Shown here piece after piece: positions 34,350 to 47,327 of a stretch of DNA of 64,000 bases. Both the position numbers and the translations under genes were made by a program. Origin of the DNA: Takakia lepidozioides (taxonomy: Eukaryota > Plantae > Bryophyta); the NCBI GenBank assembly GCA_030704615.1, contig CM060733.1:75578001-75642000 (forward strand), in the 5' to 3' direction. Within the stretch, counting starts at the first letter, position 1. Every line of letters begins with the position of its first letter. The notes below the pieces were generated by a model. It saw only the letters and a list, made by a program, of their open reading frames with translations. It made no database searches and was not told the DNA's origin.

Positions 34350-34821
34350 GTTAACTTCCATCCATATACGATGCATCTTGATTTTCTGTATCTTGTTGTT
34401 TTTGCAATAGGGTGACTATGCAAAGTTGGAATGTTGAACAACTCCAAACAGAGAATTGAGTCTAGAACAACAATTGTTGTGTAATGTGGCTAGCACAACA
34501 AATGATTCAACAGAATGATGCTGGAGTGTGCAACAAGGGAGGATAGCAGAGGCAGAGACAACGGCAAGACAACTGTGGGGCAAGGCAAAGTTTGAGGTGG
34601 CCTTGGCAGACAGAGCACTACCCCAGCCAGTATAGACCCAGCCAGTCTTATTCACCCAACTATCGACTCTCTGAAGAAGAGTTCTACAACCAGCCTATCA
34701 CAAATCCAAACTACCTAAAGCATATCGGATTATATTAGATTAGATTTCCCGACAGTAAGTAGTCCTTCCATATTGATCCGTCACCCATTGATTTGCAGCA
34801 AACTTATGTTGTGTAACTTTC

Positions 34822-35047
34822 AGAGATCCCTGGTGACATCATCAAATCTGCAATTGTACCAGATGTCATCCTGAACATTGCTCTGGTGGCCATGTATGCT
34901 AAATGTGGGAGCATCTAAGGGAGTGTTCAACACTATGGCTGAACCATATGTGGTGTCGTGGAATGCAATGCTTGCAGGGTGTGCAGAGCAGGAGTGCGGG
35001 ATGGGGCTTTGGACACCTGAAAGCAAATGATGGGGAAAGGGGTGAAG
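34822..35047 (+). pseudogene. PPR fragment
   Basis: IVPDVILNIALVAMYAKCGSI and VFNTMAEPYVVSWNAMLAG. Confidence 0.85.
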
Positions 35048-35761
35048 GTACCTTCAACATCTTTCACCCTGTTTTCCCTGCTAGTGTGTGCTTTGACAAT
35101 TCTAGGCTGTCATTGTTAGCTGCTAGCAGCAAGTCGAGGATGTATGCATGATTTGTGCAGAGGCATCGATAGCTGAAGGAGCAAGGATTTCGTGTGGGTC
35201 CAGATTCATCCAAGAGGGCCAGATTTCAAGAACAAGATTACCTGTGATTCCCTGTGGATCAATAGCTACAAGAAACCTGCATGGGTAGATGGTCAACTGG
35301 CAGCAACGGCAGTGATAAAATCAGGCACTGCTAATGAAGGCATCTTCTTCAACACATTTCACCCTGTTTTTCCCTCTTATCAGAATCAGCCCTAAATTTT
35401 CATGTTTAATTCTGCAAGTTAGCTGGTTGAGTGAATCTAGTTTGGAGTGACTTTGACATGATACTGCCAATGTGACAACAAGAAAGTGTCAAAACAGGTA
35501 ATAGAGATGAGGAGAAGTTGTGGAATGAATACTTATTTGAGCCCAGTCACTGATGGGTCAACCGGGGCAGAAAGGTGTATGCCTGCTACATTTCAGAGAG
35601 CAGCAGACACAATTCAGATAGGAACTAGTGTGCTACGCTGAGTTGGGTGTTTCCTAGAACAAATATAGGCTGTCATTGTCAACTGCTAGCAGCAAGGCAA
35701 GGATGAATGCTTGATTTGTGCAGAGGCATGGATAGCTGAAGGAGTAGAGATAGAATGTGGG
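35045..35761 (+). repeat. ~560-bp repeat, about 1.2 tandem units
   Basis: TAGGCTGTCATTGT recurs at about 35103 and 35666. Confidence 0.85.
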
Positions 35762-36619
35762 TGACGTAGGGTGCTGGGCAATGGGCAAGACGTCTTTGTA
35801 TAAACGTGAGTGACCTTCCTATCCTCCTGGCTCTCATTTTTTGTGCATGTTTCTTTGTGAAGTATCTGACGACTTCGCCAACACACACCAACATTTTTGC
35901 TTTGGTTTGTTTACGAGTCCATGGGATAGAAGTTACCATAAACAACACTGGCATTGGTTTTTCATATATGGTATTAGATCTCTATTGTTTTCGCCTTGGC
36001 AAGTTGCTCAGTGACCTTCCCTAGACACTTTGGAGTATAGCGAGTGAGAATCTCACAATGCAATGTTGGTTGGCGCATCTTACGCAAGAACTTGGAAAAG
36101 AAACAGATGTCCTTGTTGTAATAATTCTTAAAGACATGCAAGCCTTAGTTTTTGATGGGTTGCAGATTGATGGAATACATAAGTAGTTAGAAAATTATGG
36201 GTGAACACTTTTCAAAGTGTTATAGTTAGACAATTAATTCACATGAGAACATGTGACAATTTTATGTATTTTTAGATCGTGACAAAAATGATAATGATAA
36301 ATATTGGTAAATAGAGATGGTGTACAATCTCTTGGTTTTGCTCAGCTTGTTGCAGTTATGTCTTGCTGCTTTGTTCTCTTTGTATTATATATTATATTTC
36401 ATTGTTGTAATAGACATGTATATGAGTACTATCATAGTCATAATAATGACTACATCTATTTTCACTCTCCAATAGTACTACACCACGTGGCAGAATTACA
36501 AATATGTAAAAAAAATAGCAATACACCCAAAAAAAACACCTATCATGACACATGTCAATCTGCTGAGGGACCACGTGTAAAAACTGCAACGCGCCACGTG
36601 TTGCAACCGGATTAGCACA

Positions 36620-36931
36620 CCTGTAGTCATAGTTCGCAGTCATGGAGAACGAACACTTTTCCACGTGTCATTTCCTGTATCGAGCACGTGTCACTCTTGC
36701 ACAGCCGCTGACATGGACTAACTGTCCGTTCAGTAATTCAGTAAAGCCAGCGTGTATGACTACCCCCACAGCTGCTCAGGCACCACATCACAGCCAGCCT
36801 GGAGAGTCATATCTGCCATGTCACAACTGACTAGGGTTTTACGTCTTCAGAGTCAGGAAGTCGTAAATGGCTTCCATGACTGCATTTGCAGTCATAACAC
36901 AGAGACGTAAAAGCCGCAATCTGTTGTAGTG
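36620..36931 (-). mobile_element. CACTA terminal inverted repeat and subterminal region
   Basis: Ends ..CTGTTGTAGTG (reverse complement CACTACAACAG) at 36931, with nested inverted motifs TTTTACGTC/GACGTAAAA and ATGACTGCA/TGCAGTCAT; abuts LINE coding sequence. Confidence 0.75.
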
Positions 36932-39900
36932 TACAATCAGAGCTCAAACCCTCAGCAAAGAGAAAGCTTTACAAAGACAATGGAAGAACCTGGCTCTGAA
37001 AAAATGCCTTGGAACCTGCCAAAGACTATTGGAACGGGGTAATCTTGATCCGCAAAGCCTCCAAACTTACCATGAAGCCAGACAAAACCTAGAAGCGTTC
37101 GCTTCCTTGCACGAACAGAGGCTGAAACTTCAAGCTGGCATCAATTGGGCAACAAAGGGGGAGAAAATGACCAAGTACTTTTTCGAAAAAGTACAAGTCA
37201 GAAAAACATCCCAGATCATTACTGAGCTGAAGAACTCTCAAGGGAATTGCTCCTCGGATCCAAAGGACATGGTTGCGGCAGTGCACTCCCACTTTCAGGA
37301 ACTCTTCAAACAAAGGCCAGATTCTGAAAGTATAGCCTCTGCAAGGGAAACATGCCTACGTAGTCCCCAAGCAAAGCTCAGCCAAACCTCTGCAGCCTCT
37401 CTTGACGGGGAATTCACACAAACTGAATTATCCATGGCATTGGACCTTATGTCTAATCGCAAATCCCCTGGCTTTGACGGAATGCCAGTTGAATTTTACA
37501 AGGCTCTCTGGCAGGTTTTGTCCTCCGACTTCTGTACCATGGCCAATGAGATAAAGAGGCAAGGGTCTATGCCCCAGCCAATGGCCCAAGGCATTATATC
37601 CTTACTCTTTAAGAAATGGGATAGAAAGGTCATCTCCAATTACAGGTTGATTACATTACTCAATGTAAGCTACAAGATTATAGCAAAAACCCTTGCTTTA
37701 CGCCTTCAGCCCTCTCCTCCCAAAAATCATCAGACCAGGTCAAGCGGGTTTCATCAAAGGTAGATATATATTGGACAACATCCTCCTGGCGCAAGAAACC
37801 CCCATCTATGCAGAAGCTACTTCGCAGCCCATAGCAATGCTCTTATTAGACTTCGAAAAAGCCTTTGACAAAGTTGAATGGCCAATGTTATTTGCAACAC
37901 TTAAAAAATCGGGGCTCTCTCCGGATTATTGCAAATGGGTGGAGATCCTTTTGATTAACGCCTCAAGCAAGGTTATGGTAAACGGATTCTTTTCGAAGCC
38001 CTTCGATCTCCAACGATCAGTCCGCCAGGGGTGCCCTCTGGCACCTTTCCTATTTTTAATAGTGGCAGACTCGCTAGGCTACCTCTTAGACAGCAACCCA
38101 ATTATTGTGGCCTCAAAATTCAAGCTCAAACCAACCAGGACCTGCAGATAAAGGACTCGATGTTTGTTGACGACACAGTTCTCTACCTGCAAGCCACCCC
38201 ATCCAACCTGGAGGAAGCCAATAATTCCCTCTCAACCTTTTGTGAAGCATCTGGTTTCAGAGTTAACTGGTCAAAAACGGTGGCCATTCTCGTGGGTGCC
38301 ACAAACCTCTCTCCATTGGGGCTGTCGCCCGATTGGGGTCATAAAATGGGCCTCAAATGGCTGCAGAATGGGGAGATAACGACACTACTGGGTCACCCCT
38401 TTGGGGTTAATCTCACGGATGATCAAAGGATGGGTCATGTCATAGCCAAGCTCCAAAAAAAACTGGTATACTGGGGTTCACGTCACCTATCATTAACTGG
38501 AAGGGCTCTGGTTGCGAATCAAATCTTGCTAGGTAGCATTTGGTACTTTGCTTCAGTTTGGAGCCCCTCCGCCTCACAAATCAATGTCATAAAAAGAACC
38601 ATCCGTATCTTTATTTGGGGTGCAGACTCAAGTGAGAAAAGCCCCAGACCTGCTGTTTCTTGGGCTCAAATCTGTTTGCAGAAAAAAAAAGGGCGGCCTT
38701 GGCATATTAGATCCTAGTAACCAGATCAGGGCTCTTTTAGGAAAATGGGTGGTCAGGCTGCTGGGTCCTGAGGGAGGCTGGTGGAAACACCTTATTTATC
38801 AACATGTGGTCAACAGCTCTCCTCTGAAATCCAAGATATGGGGCCCAGCTCTTAGATGGATCACACAGGGTTTTAAGCACAAGGCCCGTGGGTCTCCTCT
38901 GTGGAAGGCCATTTGGGATATTTGGGGATCAATCAGGCCTCACTTGGTTAAAGGGGAACCGCAGACTTATGAGGAAACAATGCGCCAATTCCTATCCCTT
39001 ACCTCCAATGCCCCTTCCCCCGTAGAAAATGCCTCGACGGCCAATTTCTCTGCCTAGGACAGACTTAACTTTTCTGGGATGGGCATGCTTTCTTTTCTCC
39101 GGACCAGGTCAACACCGTTATGGGTCCTCAAAGAGGGAACTCAGGCTACCAGCAGCTCCTTCAAAGTATCCCGCTCCCATGGATCCATAACCTGACCGCG
39201 GGCCCGGATCGTGGTCTGTCTAACAGTTGGATTACTTGTTCCAACAACCCCAACCAAGTGATCTACATCATTGATTCCAAATCAGATCACTTCATGGGGT
39301 TGGTGATGAACAAATTAGACCTCTCCAACTATCTGCACCTTTCATCCAAGGCCCCAGCCGTTATCTCTGGTGGACAATTCACCCCAGTTAGAATCTGTCA
39401 CTGGTCATCAAACAAGGATATGAATCCAATGGCTCCTCTTGGCCAGCCAATAGCTTCATGGCTCTCTTCTCAATTGTTTCTATGGGTAGAGGGAGGCACT
39501 CTCATGGGTCTGGCGGTAGACCCCAAAGAATGGTCTTGGGATTTTGAACCCTCCCGACCTTCGTTCTTTAACTATTCAGCCAAAGCTGCATACCGCTCCA
39601 CGCTGAAACCAAACCTGTTTTCGGATAAATGGAACTCTAAATGGGCTGGGCATGGTCTTCAACAAGCTAACTGGAACTTCATCTGGTCTCATATTTGGAT
39701 CAAGGTCAGACCAGCGAAGGTGGCTGCGTTCCTTTGGCAACTCGCTAACAGGGTTCTCAAGGTCGGGGCTTGGTTGTCATTCTCAGAGGCACTACTCTGT
39801 AAATGTTGCAACCTTGGTATCTCGGAATCAATTGAGCATTGTCTCCTCCTCTGTACCATACCCTCTAAAACTTGGCCTCGACTCCTTCCTGTTATGCAGA

Positions 39901-40440
39901 TATGGAAACCAGGGTCACCCTCTTTAGTTCAAAAGCTTTTAAATTATGACCCAGTATCTCAGCAACTTCACTGTCGCTGCCCAGTGTATGATTCCCTTAG
40001 GTCTATCGCGTTGTGGAATATATGGAAGGTAAGATGCAGTTGGACTCTAAATCACGAGAGAGGTTGTCTCTCTGTTTTACTGTCTACAATATTTCATGAG
40101 GTCTAGATTGAGGCAAGAAAGGCTTGGGTTAAAATGCATGCAGACATCAGCAGGGATCCAGAGGCTGAACCTGGGCTCCTCAGGAAATTCCAAAGATCTT
40201 GGGGGCAGAAACGAGTTCTTATGCAGCTGCTCTTTGACGTCAAGCTGTCAATGGTCCAAGAGCCCACCAAACTCCCAGCAGTTTGCAGCAGCTTCGCTCC
40301 CTTGAATCACCCGAATTTGAAAGGGAGGTCAATTGGAAGCATATCAGTGGGAAGCGCTCCACCAGACTCTGCTTCGACTAGTGCATCTCCATGCAGGCTT
40401 CCTCTTTGCGATCAACAATTATTTATTTATTTATTTTTTC
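36932..40440 (+). mobile_element. L1-clade LINE ORF2 (RT plus C-terminal CCHC), frameshifted, 5' part missing
   Basis: GEKMTKYFF, KSPGFDGMPVEFY, LDFEKAFDKVEW, RQGCPLAPFLF, MFVDDT and CKCC..ESIEHCLLLC; (TTTA)n near 40420. Confidence 0.93.
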
Positions 40441-42005
40441 CTTTCACTTAGTTCCGCCCTTGTCTGCCCTTTCTCTCTCGTATATTTACTTTTCAGAGTT
40501 CAGAGGTTATCTGAAATCCCAATTTGCAGCCGGTCCAGGCTCCCTTTCCTTCGTAGATCCCTGTCTGCACTTCCCCACTTTTCTCCTCCATTGCTTGCCA
40601 GATCAATGCTTATTCTACGCTTCTTCTTCCCCTATAGCAGACGGTCCAGACTGCTCTCCTTCTGTATGTTGCATGTAATGGGGTTTTCTCTTCATCGCTA
40701 TTGTATAACCCATCTTCCATTGTTGACAATCTCCCATCGCAATTCTTCTCTCTCTGTTGAAAGCTCGCATCTCGTGAGCCATAGCCAAGCCATAGCCAGG
40801 CTCTAGGGGTACCCCTCAACTATGACCCTGCCACCAAAACTAGAGTGGTTAGTTGTCCAGTCTTTGAAACCCTTAGAAGCAGCACTTTGTGGCATCTGTG
40901 GAAGACATGATGCACTAGAACTTTCTCTGGTCAAACAACAACTATCTCTGCTCTTCTCACATCTGTTTTCTATGATCTTGGTACTGAATCTAGGAAAGCC
41001 TGGGCCAAGCTATGTGCAGATATAAGCGGAAACCCCAAATCGTAGCAGCTAGCCATGATACATTCCGGTCCACTTGGGGGAATCAGAGCCTCTTCTGTGA
41101 CAGTGCATCACCAGACACCTGCATCTGGTCCGAGTTGCCTCCCCCATCGCGGAGAAGACTGCGCGCCACGCTCCACCGCATCCCCTGAGTTCGAACGAGA
41201 CATTAATTGGAAACATCTAAAGGGTTCTACAAAGGCCTCACGACTTCATTATTGACAGGCTTAAGTCGCAGTAGTCAATCCCCAATCGTGCGCCTATTAC
41301 CTTCAGGGACATTAATCTTGACAGAGTTTAATTCCTAGTTCTTGGATCTTGCAAGGTATGTTCGGAGGGTTATAAGGGTTGTTTCAAGTCCGGTCGGGTT
41401 AGGACTGCTTCTCCTCGATGGAGGGTCAAGTTCGTTCGTTCACCGAATACGGTGTTTGTGCCTCATGGTGTAAAAAGGGGTTTTAATTTTTTTCCCCGAA
41501 TAATCTGAAATAACATCTAACCAGGGCCTCTGTCCCCTGTTCTTTATTAAAAAAAAAAGATAAAAGAAAAAGAGAGACAAAATAATTAAAAAATAAATAA
41601 AATCTAAATCGAAGAAGACTCTCTGTCGATGACTCAAGTCGGGAGCGCTTGTGTGGAGGGGCGGGAACGAGCCAGGTGTGCGAGGTGGGGTATGTGTACA
41701 GTCAGCAGCACGCCCTCTCTGTCTCCCCGGATGGCCGTCTCTTGTCTAAGAATGGAAGAACAAGGAACTGAAGAGATGACTCAGACGACAAAGATGAGTG
41801 TGTACATAACTGAACAGCTCAACTTATCTCACTGTTTTCAGGGACTATCGGACTCTCTGCACTCTCCTCTTGCTTTTCTCCGCCAGGGACTAAGCTGGAT
41901 AAGCTGGGCTTTCCTACACGCTAGGCTTGTACCACAAGCTCTGTTTGGGCTTCCATTTCTTTTTCTGTATCTCTCGGTTCAGGATAAGGTGGACGGTATC
42001 CAGGC

Positions 42006-42843
42006 ATGGGGATCGACCGCAAGATACTCATAGCAGTTGAGGATTCGGAGGTGTCCGCGTACGCTTTCACATGGGCCCAGCACAATCTATTGCGAACGTC
42101 AGACCATGTCATTGTGCTCACTGCATCACGGTATGGGGTTTACGAGTATCCTGCCTCGGGCGTTTCTAGTATCACTGGTGTATTCCCTGCGTGTATGCTT
42201 GATGGTTGGTTCCCTCTCTCGCTCCTTATCCTTCTCTTTCTTTATCAAGGTAAGTCCCACTACCGGAGTGAGCCCTCACAAAGGTAGTTTCTATTCCCTA
42301 TGTCCGAACTGGGCGCGGGGTCCATGGCCACAAGGCTACAGCAAACAACGTCTTATGAGTACATTCTCTCCTTCCTGAGCTGATACTCTTTTCTTCCACC
42401 CACATGAATTTCGAGGCTCCAAGATGCAGCATACTCGTGGTTTAATTGGGCTTGAACACATTGCTAGTGTGTCGGACTCAGGACAGTTTGCAGATACTGT
42501 GGAACTTCAAACTCAAAATTGAGTGCACAAAAATGTACGCTTGAAGCATTTTCCACTGGTTACATATCCAGCTGTGTTTTTGCTGCATCACAGTTGAGAG
42601 TCACACCCTTCAACGAACTACGGATCCTCGCAGCCTTTTGAGGTTCTTCACCTCAAGGGGATAAAACACCAGATGATTATGAGGTGATGCCAAAATATTT
42701 TGAAAACCAGACCTCATGCCATCGATTTGGTAATTCCAATTCTCTGTCATTTCCGATGCAGAATCGCACTGGTGCAACATGGACCAATAGCAGCTTCATG
42801 GTGACTCAGGCTGATGAACCTTTTGAAATTTATAGGTTTCTGG

Positions 42844-42877
<34 letters not shown>

Positions 42878-45800
42878 GGGGTGCGCAGAGTACGGGGTTC
42901 CGTTGGCTCCATCAGTGAAGGAGACTCAACTGACGGAGAAGAGTGTGAACGGGGCCCCCAAAGCCCTTGTACAAAAGTATTGTCAGCTATGCGCACAACA
43001 TGGTGTAAGTATGTAGATCCCTTTCAGCTTCTCAAGTTCAAAAGGTAGGCTTGGAATCCTAATCAACCTCCTGGGCCACTACCTCAGTGCCTGCTTTTAT
43101 CTATCTTGTGTTCTTTGCGTCTTTTGTCAAATTCTGAGCCCCCAGTTTTGTTGAGGGTGAAGTATTCTTATGAGTTAGAGGGCTAAATTTTTATTTAAGC
43201 AATCAATCGGTACATTGGTATCCAATTGGAGTGTCGGATCATCAGCATTTCAGATTGCTGCAGATATCTTGTGAGGGGGAGGTGGTAAAGGGTGAAGCTG
43301 GAAGCTGGATCGTTCATGAGGCCAATCGCGTTGGTGCTGATGTGATCGTGGTGGGCAGCCACGCTTATGGCGTGATCAAACGGTACAAGCTCGATGTTAA
43401 CGTTTCTTAAAATTGTCATGTGATTCCGGTTCCCTTGTAACAGTACTGATTTTCATCTTGAAAAGAGAAGATTGATGAGTCAAGACGGGCCTGATTTCCA
43501 TGTGGGCAACTGTTAAGCACTTGCTCTGTCTGTGATATTATATCTAGAGTTCTCTCAAGATATGCACCGCTGGCGGTAGTCCAATGAGAATATCATGGCC
43601 AAATCAAAAGTTTCTTAACCAAATGACAAGATCATAGACTTAGAGAATGCAGATCACAGTGGAGTATAATCTTGATTGAGATAGCTAAGCTCAGTGAACG
43701 CCCATAAGTCAGAGATGTTACCATTGTCTCCTCAGCATGGCTTTGAGTTGATGTGACTGCAGAGCGTTTCTAGGGAGTAAAAGTGATTATGTGCTACGTA
43801 ATGCACCGTGCCCGGTGGCAATTGTGCGACAGGCAGAGGATACCCTGCAACTGCATGACCCGCTCTCATCTTCTGGGCTCACGAGGAAAATCGTCATTGC
43901 CGTTGATTTATCAGATGAGGTACTTGCTGCAACCCTCTGCCTTTCCATCCTTGGGCCGAAAAGAGATTGTACTCATAAGACGTTGTTTGCCGTAGCCTTG
44001 TGGCCATTGACCCCGCGCCCAGTTTGAGCGGGAACAAAAGGGACAGAACCTACCTCTGTCAGGGGCTGACGTTGGTAGTAAGACTTACCTTCATATATAG
44101 AATTAATCCGGGTTTTCCAGATATCCTCTAGAAATCCCTTCACACAAGCATCAATCTGCTGTGTGTGATTTGCCCAAAAACTAGGCCTCAGGAGGGCCTG
44201 GGCTTTTGGCTCAGCCTCGAGACTTTCAAAGTTGGTAAACAGGGGTACAGGCACAATTCCCTTAATAGATTTGAAGAGAGCGTCTCTTTGGTGTGAGAGA
44301 ACCCCGGACAGTGTATCAGAAAATGAATACTGTCTTCAGATTGCCCACACAACGGGCAATTGCACTCTCCCTTTCCTCTCTGCTTCTGTTTGCTGTTCAA
44401 AGGTAGGCTTTCTGCCCTGAGTTTAAATTTCAGTCTAGTGCCGAGAGTGGGTAGACCCTTGAGGTCATCCAAGATGCCCTCCCCCATGTCACAGACTGGA
44501 AACAAGTTCAGGGAAGTTTTCTGCCTAACTTCATTTTCATCAGACAATCTCATGGCAACAGACATGGCTGAGGACACTACAGCCTCTAAGTCAGATTTAT
44601 CCAGCAGGGTCAAGACTTGCGGATCCAGGTCCAGGTCCTTGAGGATCTCTTCTACTCTCTTCTGCCAGGACTTAGCCTGTTTGACAGGGCGGTCCTGTTT
44701 CCAAGATATAGAGTCGATTAATTTAGGATATCTGGTGTTGGGCATATGTTGCAGCTGACCCCACCATCTGACCTTGAATTCATCTCGTCGGGAGCTTAAG
44801 GACGGAATGCCAAACTCACCCCGAACAGCCACATTGGCTGTTTTGGAGCATGCTGACATACACTCCTTAAGCACCCCCACTTGAATGGATTCTAGAGACT
44901 TAGCCTGGTTGGAGTTATCAACCCATATAGCAGATCCGTACTCCAAGGCAGGTCTAATAACGCGACAAAGCATGGTTTTCTTGACCTCAGAGTTGACCCC
45001 TCTGCAGTGGAAAAATTTAGTGAGCCCCAGAGCTTTGCCCTTGCCAGTTTGAACAACTTTCCGGATATGTGCATCCCAATTACAATTGGAGGAGAACTCA
45101 ACGCCCAGGTAAGTGTAGGAAGGGAGGACCGGGATCTCTTGGCTACCCCACTGCCACTTAAGATCACTTCCTCCCTCTCCTCTGTCGTTGAATGCTACCA
45201 CTGCACATTTGCTGACATTAGCCTCTAGCCCCCAAAGATCAAAGTATCTCTTCGCGCAATCAATCAACTCCTGGAGATTGGTTGGAGTCTCCCCTATGCC
45301 TGCGAAGTCATCCGCAAACATAAGGGCTGGTATGGTGGTATCACCCACCCTTAACCCAAATCCCTCACTTTCCACATCCTCGAGGAGTTGATTGATGAAA
45401 ACATTGAAGAGCAGAGGGGAGAGAGTACATCCTTGAGCTACACCTTGGTCTATGTCAAAGAAGTTGGACTTCTGTCCGTTAACAGTGACACAGCTTTTGG
45501 TGTGAGCATACAAGTTGTGGACAACTCTCCACATCTTTCCCTTGATCCCACAAGACCAGAGGCGGAACCATAGGCAATCCCTCCACACTGTGTCATAAGC
45601 CTTTTTGACATCCAGGAAAAAGACATAAGTGGGTTTCCCTTCTTTTTTCCTTCCCTGGATAATCTGGCTTAGAGTGAAGATATGATCCACACAGCCCCTG
45701 TTTCGCCGAAAGCCAGCTTGGCCTTCGTGGAAACAACCTCTGGACTCCAGATCAACCTCGAGACGAGTACTTATAACTCTGCAGAATGTCTTGCCAACAG

Positions 45801-47327
45801 CATTGAGGAGCGTGATGCCACGGTAGTTCCCCGGTTCTTCTCTGTCACCCTTCTTGTATAGATTGACAATGACCCCCTGTCGCCAGCGAAAGGGGATCAT
45901 TTCAGTCTTCCAGATAAGGTTAAAGAGGAGAACTAGGGCCTCTATCATGGGATCGCCACCGTGCTTGATAAGCTCGTTGACAATACCATCAGGTCCACCA
46001 GCTTTAAGAGAGTGCGAACACATGAAAATGCTAACAGGTCAGAATTTCTGTGTGTTGGCGCATTATGCAGGCAGTGTATGCATTCACATGGGCCCTGGAG
46101 CATTTCTGCAAGGAGGACGATAAAGTGATCATCTACCATGTGCACCAGTCTGTCATGGTTACCAGTATAGGCACCGGTACTCTCTTTCTGTCTTGGACAA
46201 CGTACCTGATACTTAGATCAGCATAAAGGCAAGTTCAGGTTGATCTCATAATACTCTGGGTACCTGAAACTGCTCGAGGATGTCATATCCAATGTTTGCA
46301 GGCACGATCAAAGAGGAAATCTTGCTCTCGTATGTGTGATTTGATTGTCATCAACAGTAATTCCACAAGGGTGTTTGCTTGTCAGTCATTTGCTCCTCAG
46401 CCAGCCTGAACCTTATATGTACAAGCCGCCACCCTTGCATGCTAAACTCTGGAACTCCCTTCACTGTCATTTTTGATCCCAGCCCCCGCAGTCTCTCTGA
46501 CTTCAATAAACCTGGGACAAGGGCATGACGGGGAGAATTTGGACATATGTTGATGCTATTCCTGGGGATGGTTTTCTTTTGGGATGGTGCTTTTCCCTAC
46601 TTTCTCTCTTAGACTGGAGCCCAAAATCAGCCGAAATCTAAGTGGTTGTAGATCAACTGATTCAGTAGGAGCATATGATTTTCTCCTTTCAAATTGCGCA
46701 GGCCAATTTGGGACAGAGGGAATGTACATACCATCAGTGGACTATACACCGCAAGAGGAGGTGAAGGGACTGAGCGACAGTGAGAAGCTGGTGGAGAGTT
46801 TCATGGCATATGCATCGAAGAAGTCGAAGGTACCTCACCCACTCATCCGTTATATGGTTAAGGATACTTTTTGAAAGGAAAGAAAAGCTGCTGATGTGAT
46901 GTGGTCATGCAAGACAGATCAAGTGTGAGGGCATGGTGGTCACTGGGCAGACGGAGGCCAAGGTTTGTGAAGGCTTGGTAGCTCTCAATGCTGACACGCT
47001 TGTCATCGGCATGCATGACCGAAGCAGTCTTTCAAGGTGTGTAGAAGCGAACACCTTTTTCGCATACTAGAAGCTACTATGGTGTTGTCTAGTGGAAACA
47101 GCAGTGGTGTAGCTTTGCACTGATAGATCTGAGACTCCATTTAAGAGAAAGAATGAACAGTGCATGCAAATTGATAAGCTTCAAAATGTGGACAATATGG
47201 CAGGACATTTCTGGGAAGTGTGAGCGAATATTTAGTGCACAACAGTCCATGCCCGCTCATTGTTGCCAAGATGCCCAAGAGTGGTGATGCCGAGCCAGAA
47301 TTCGAGGCCCACAGGCATGATCAATAG
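42006..47327 (+). CDS. Universal stress protein family gene with two tandem USP domains, 8 exons
   Basis: Exons 42006-42177, 42889-43004, 43264-43382, 43763-43919, 46071-46176, 46702-46829, 46918-47036 and 47204-47327, all GT-AG and phase-compatible. Motifs RKILIAVEDSE, VVGSHAYG..KRAFLGSKSDYVLRNAPCPV, RKIVIAVDLSDE and FLGSVSEYLVHNSPCPL. Confidence 0.92.
42250..42368 (+). mobile_element. 3' tail fragment of the RTE/RTEX-like family in USP intron 1
   Basis: Reverse complement similar to 43962-44090; ends GCAAACAACGTCTTATGAGTACATTCTCT. Confidence 0.8.
43960..46015 (-). mobile_element. 5'-truncated non-LTR retrotransposon (RTE/RTEX-like RT plus CCHC), antisense in USP intron 4
   Basis: 611-aa ORF with KAGGPDGI, NYRGITLL, QAGFR, DVKKAYDTV, QGCTLSPLLF, FADD, YTYLGV and CPLC..EDSIHFLIHC. 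One frameshift near 44250; the C-terminus continues in ORF 43973-44254. Confidence 0.93.

Noticed and set aside
42684-43016. Poly-Gly coding segment in the USP protein
   Set aside because: Exon phase requires the acceptor at 42889, which leaves the G run intronic.
43940-44000. Hammerhead ribozyme at the LINE end (CTTATGAG resembles CUGAUGAG)
   Set aside because: The core is mismatched and there are no stems or conserved GAAA; the TGA is the ORF stop codon.
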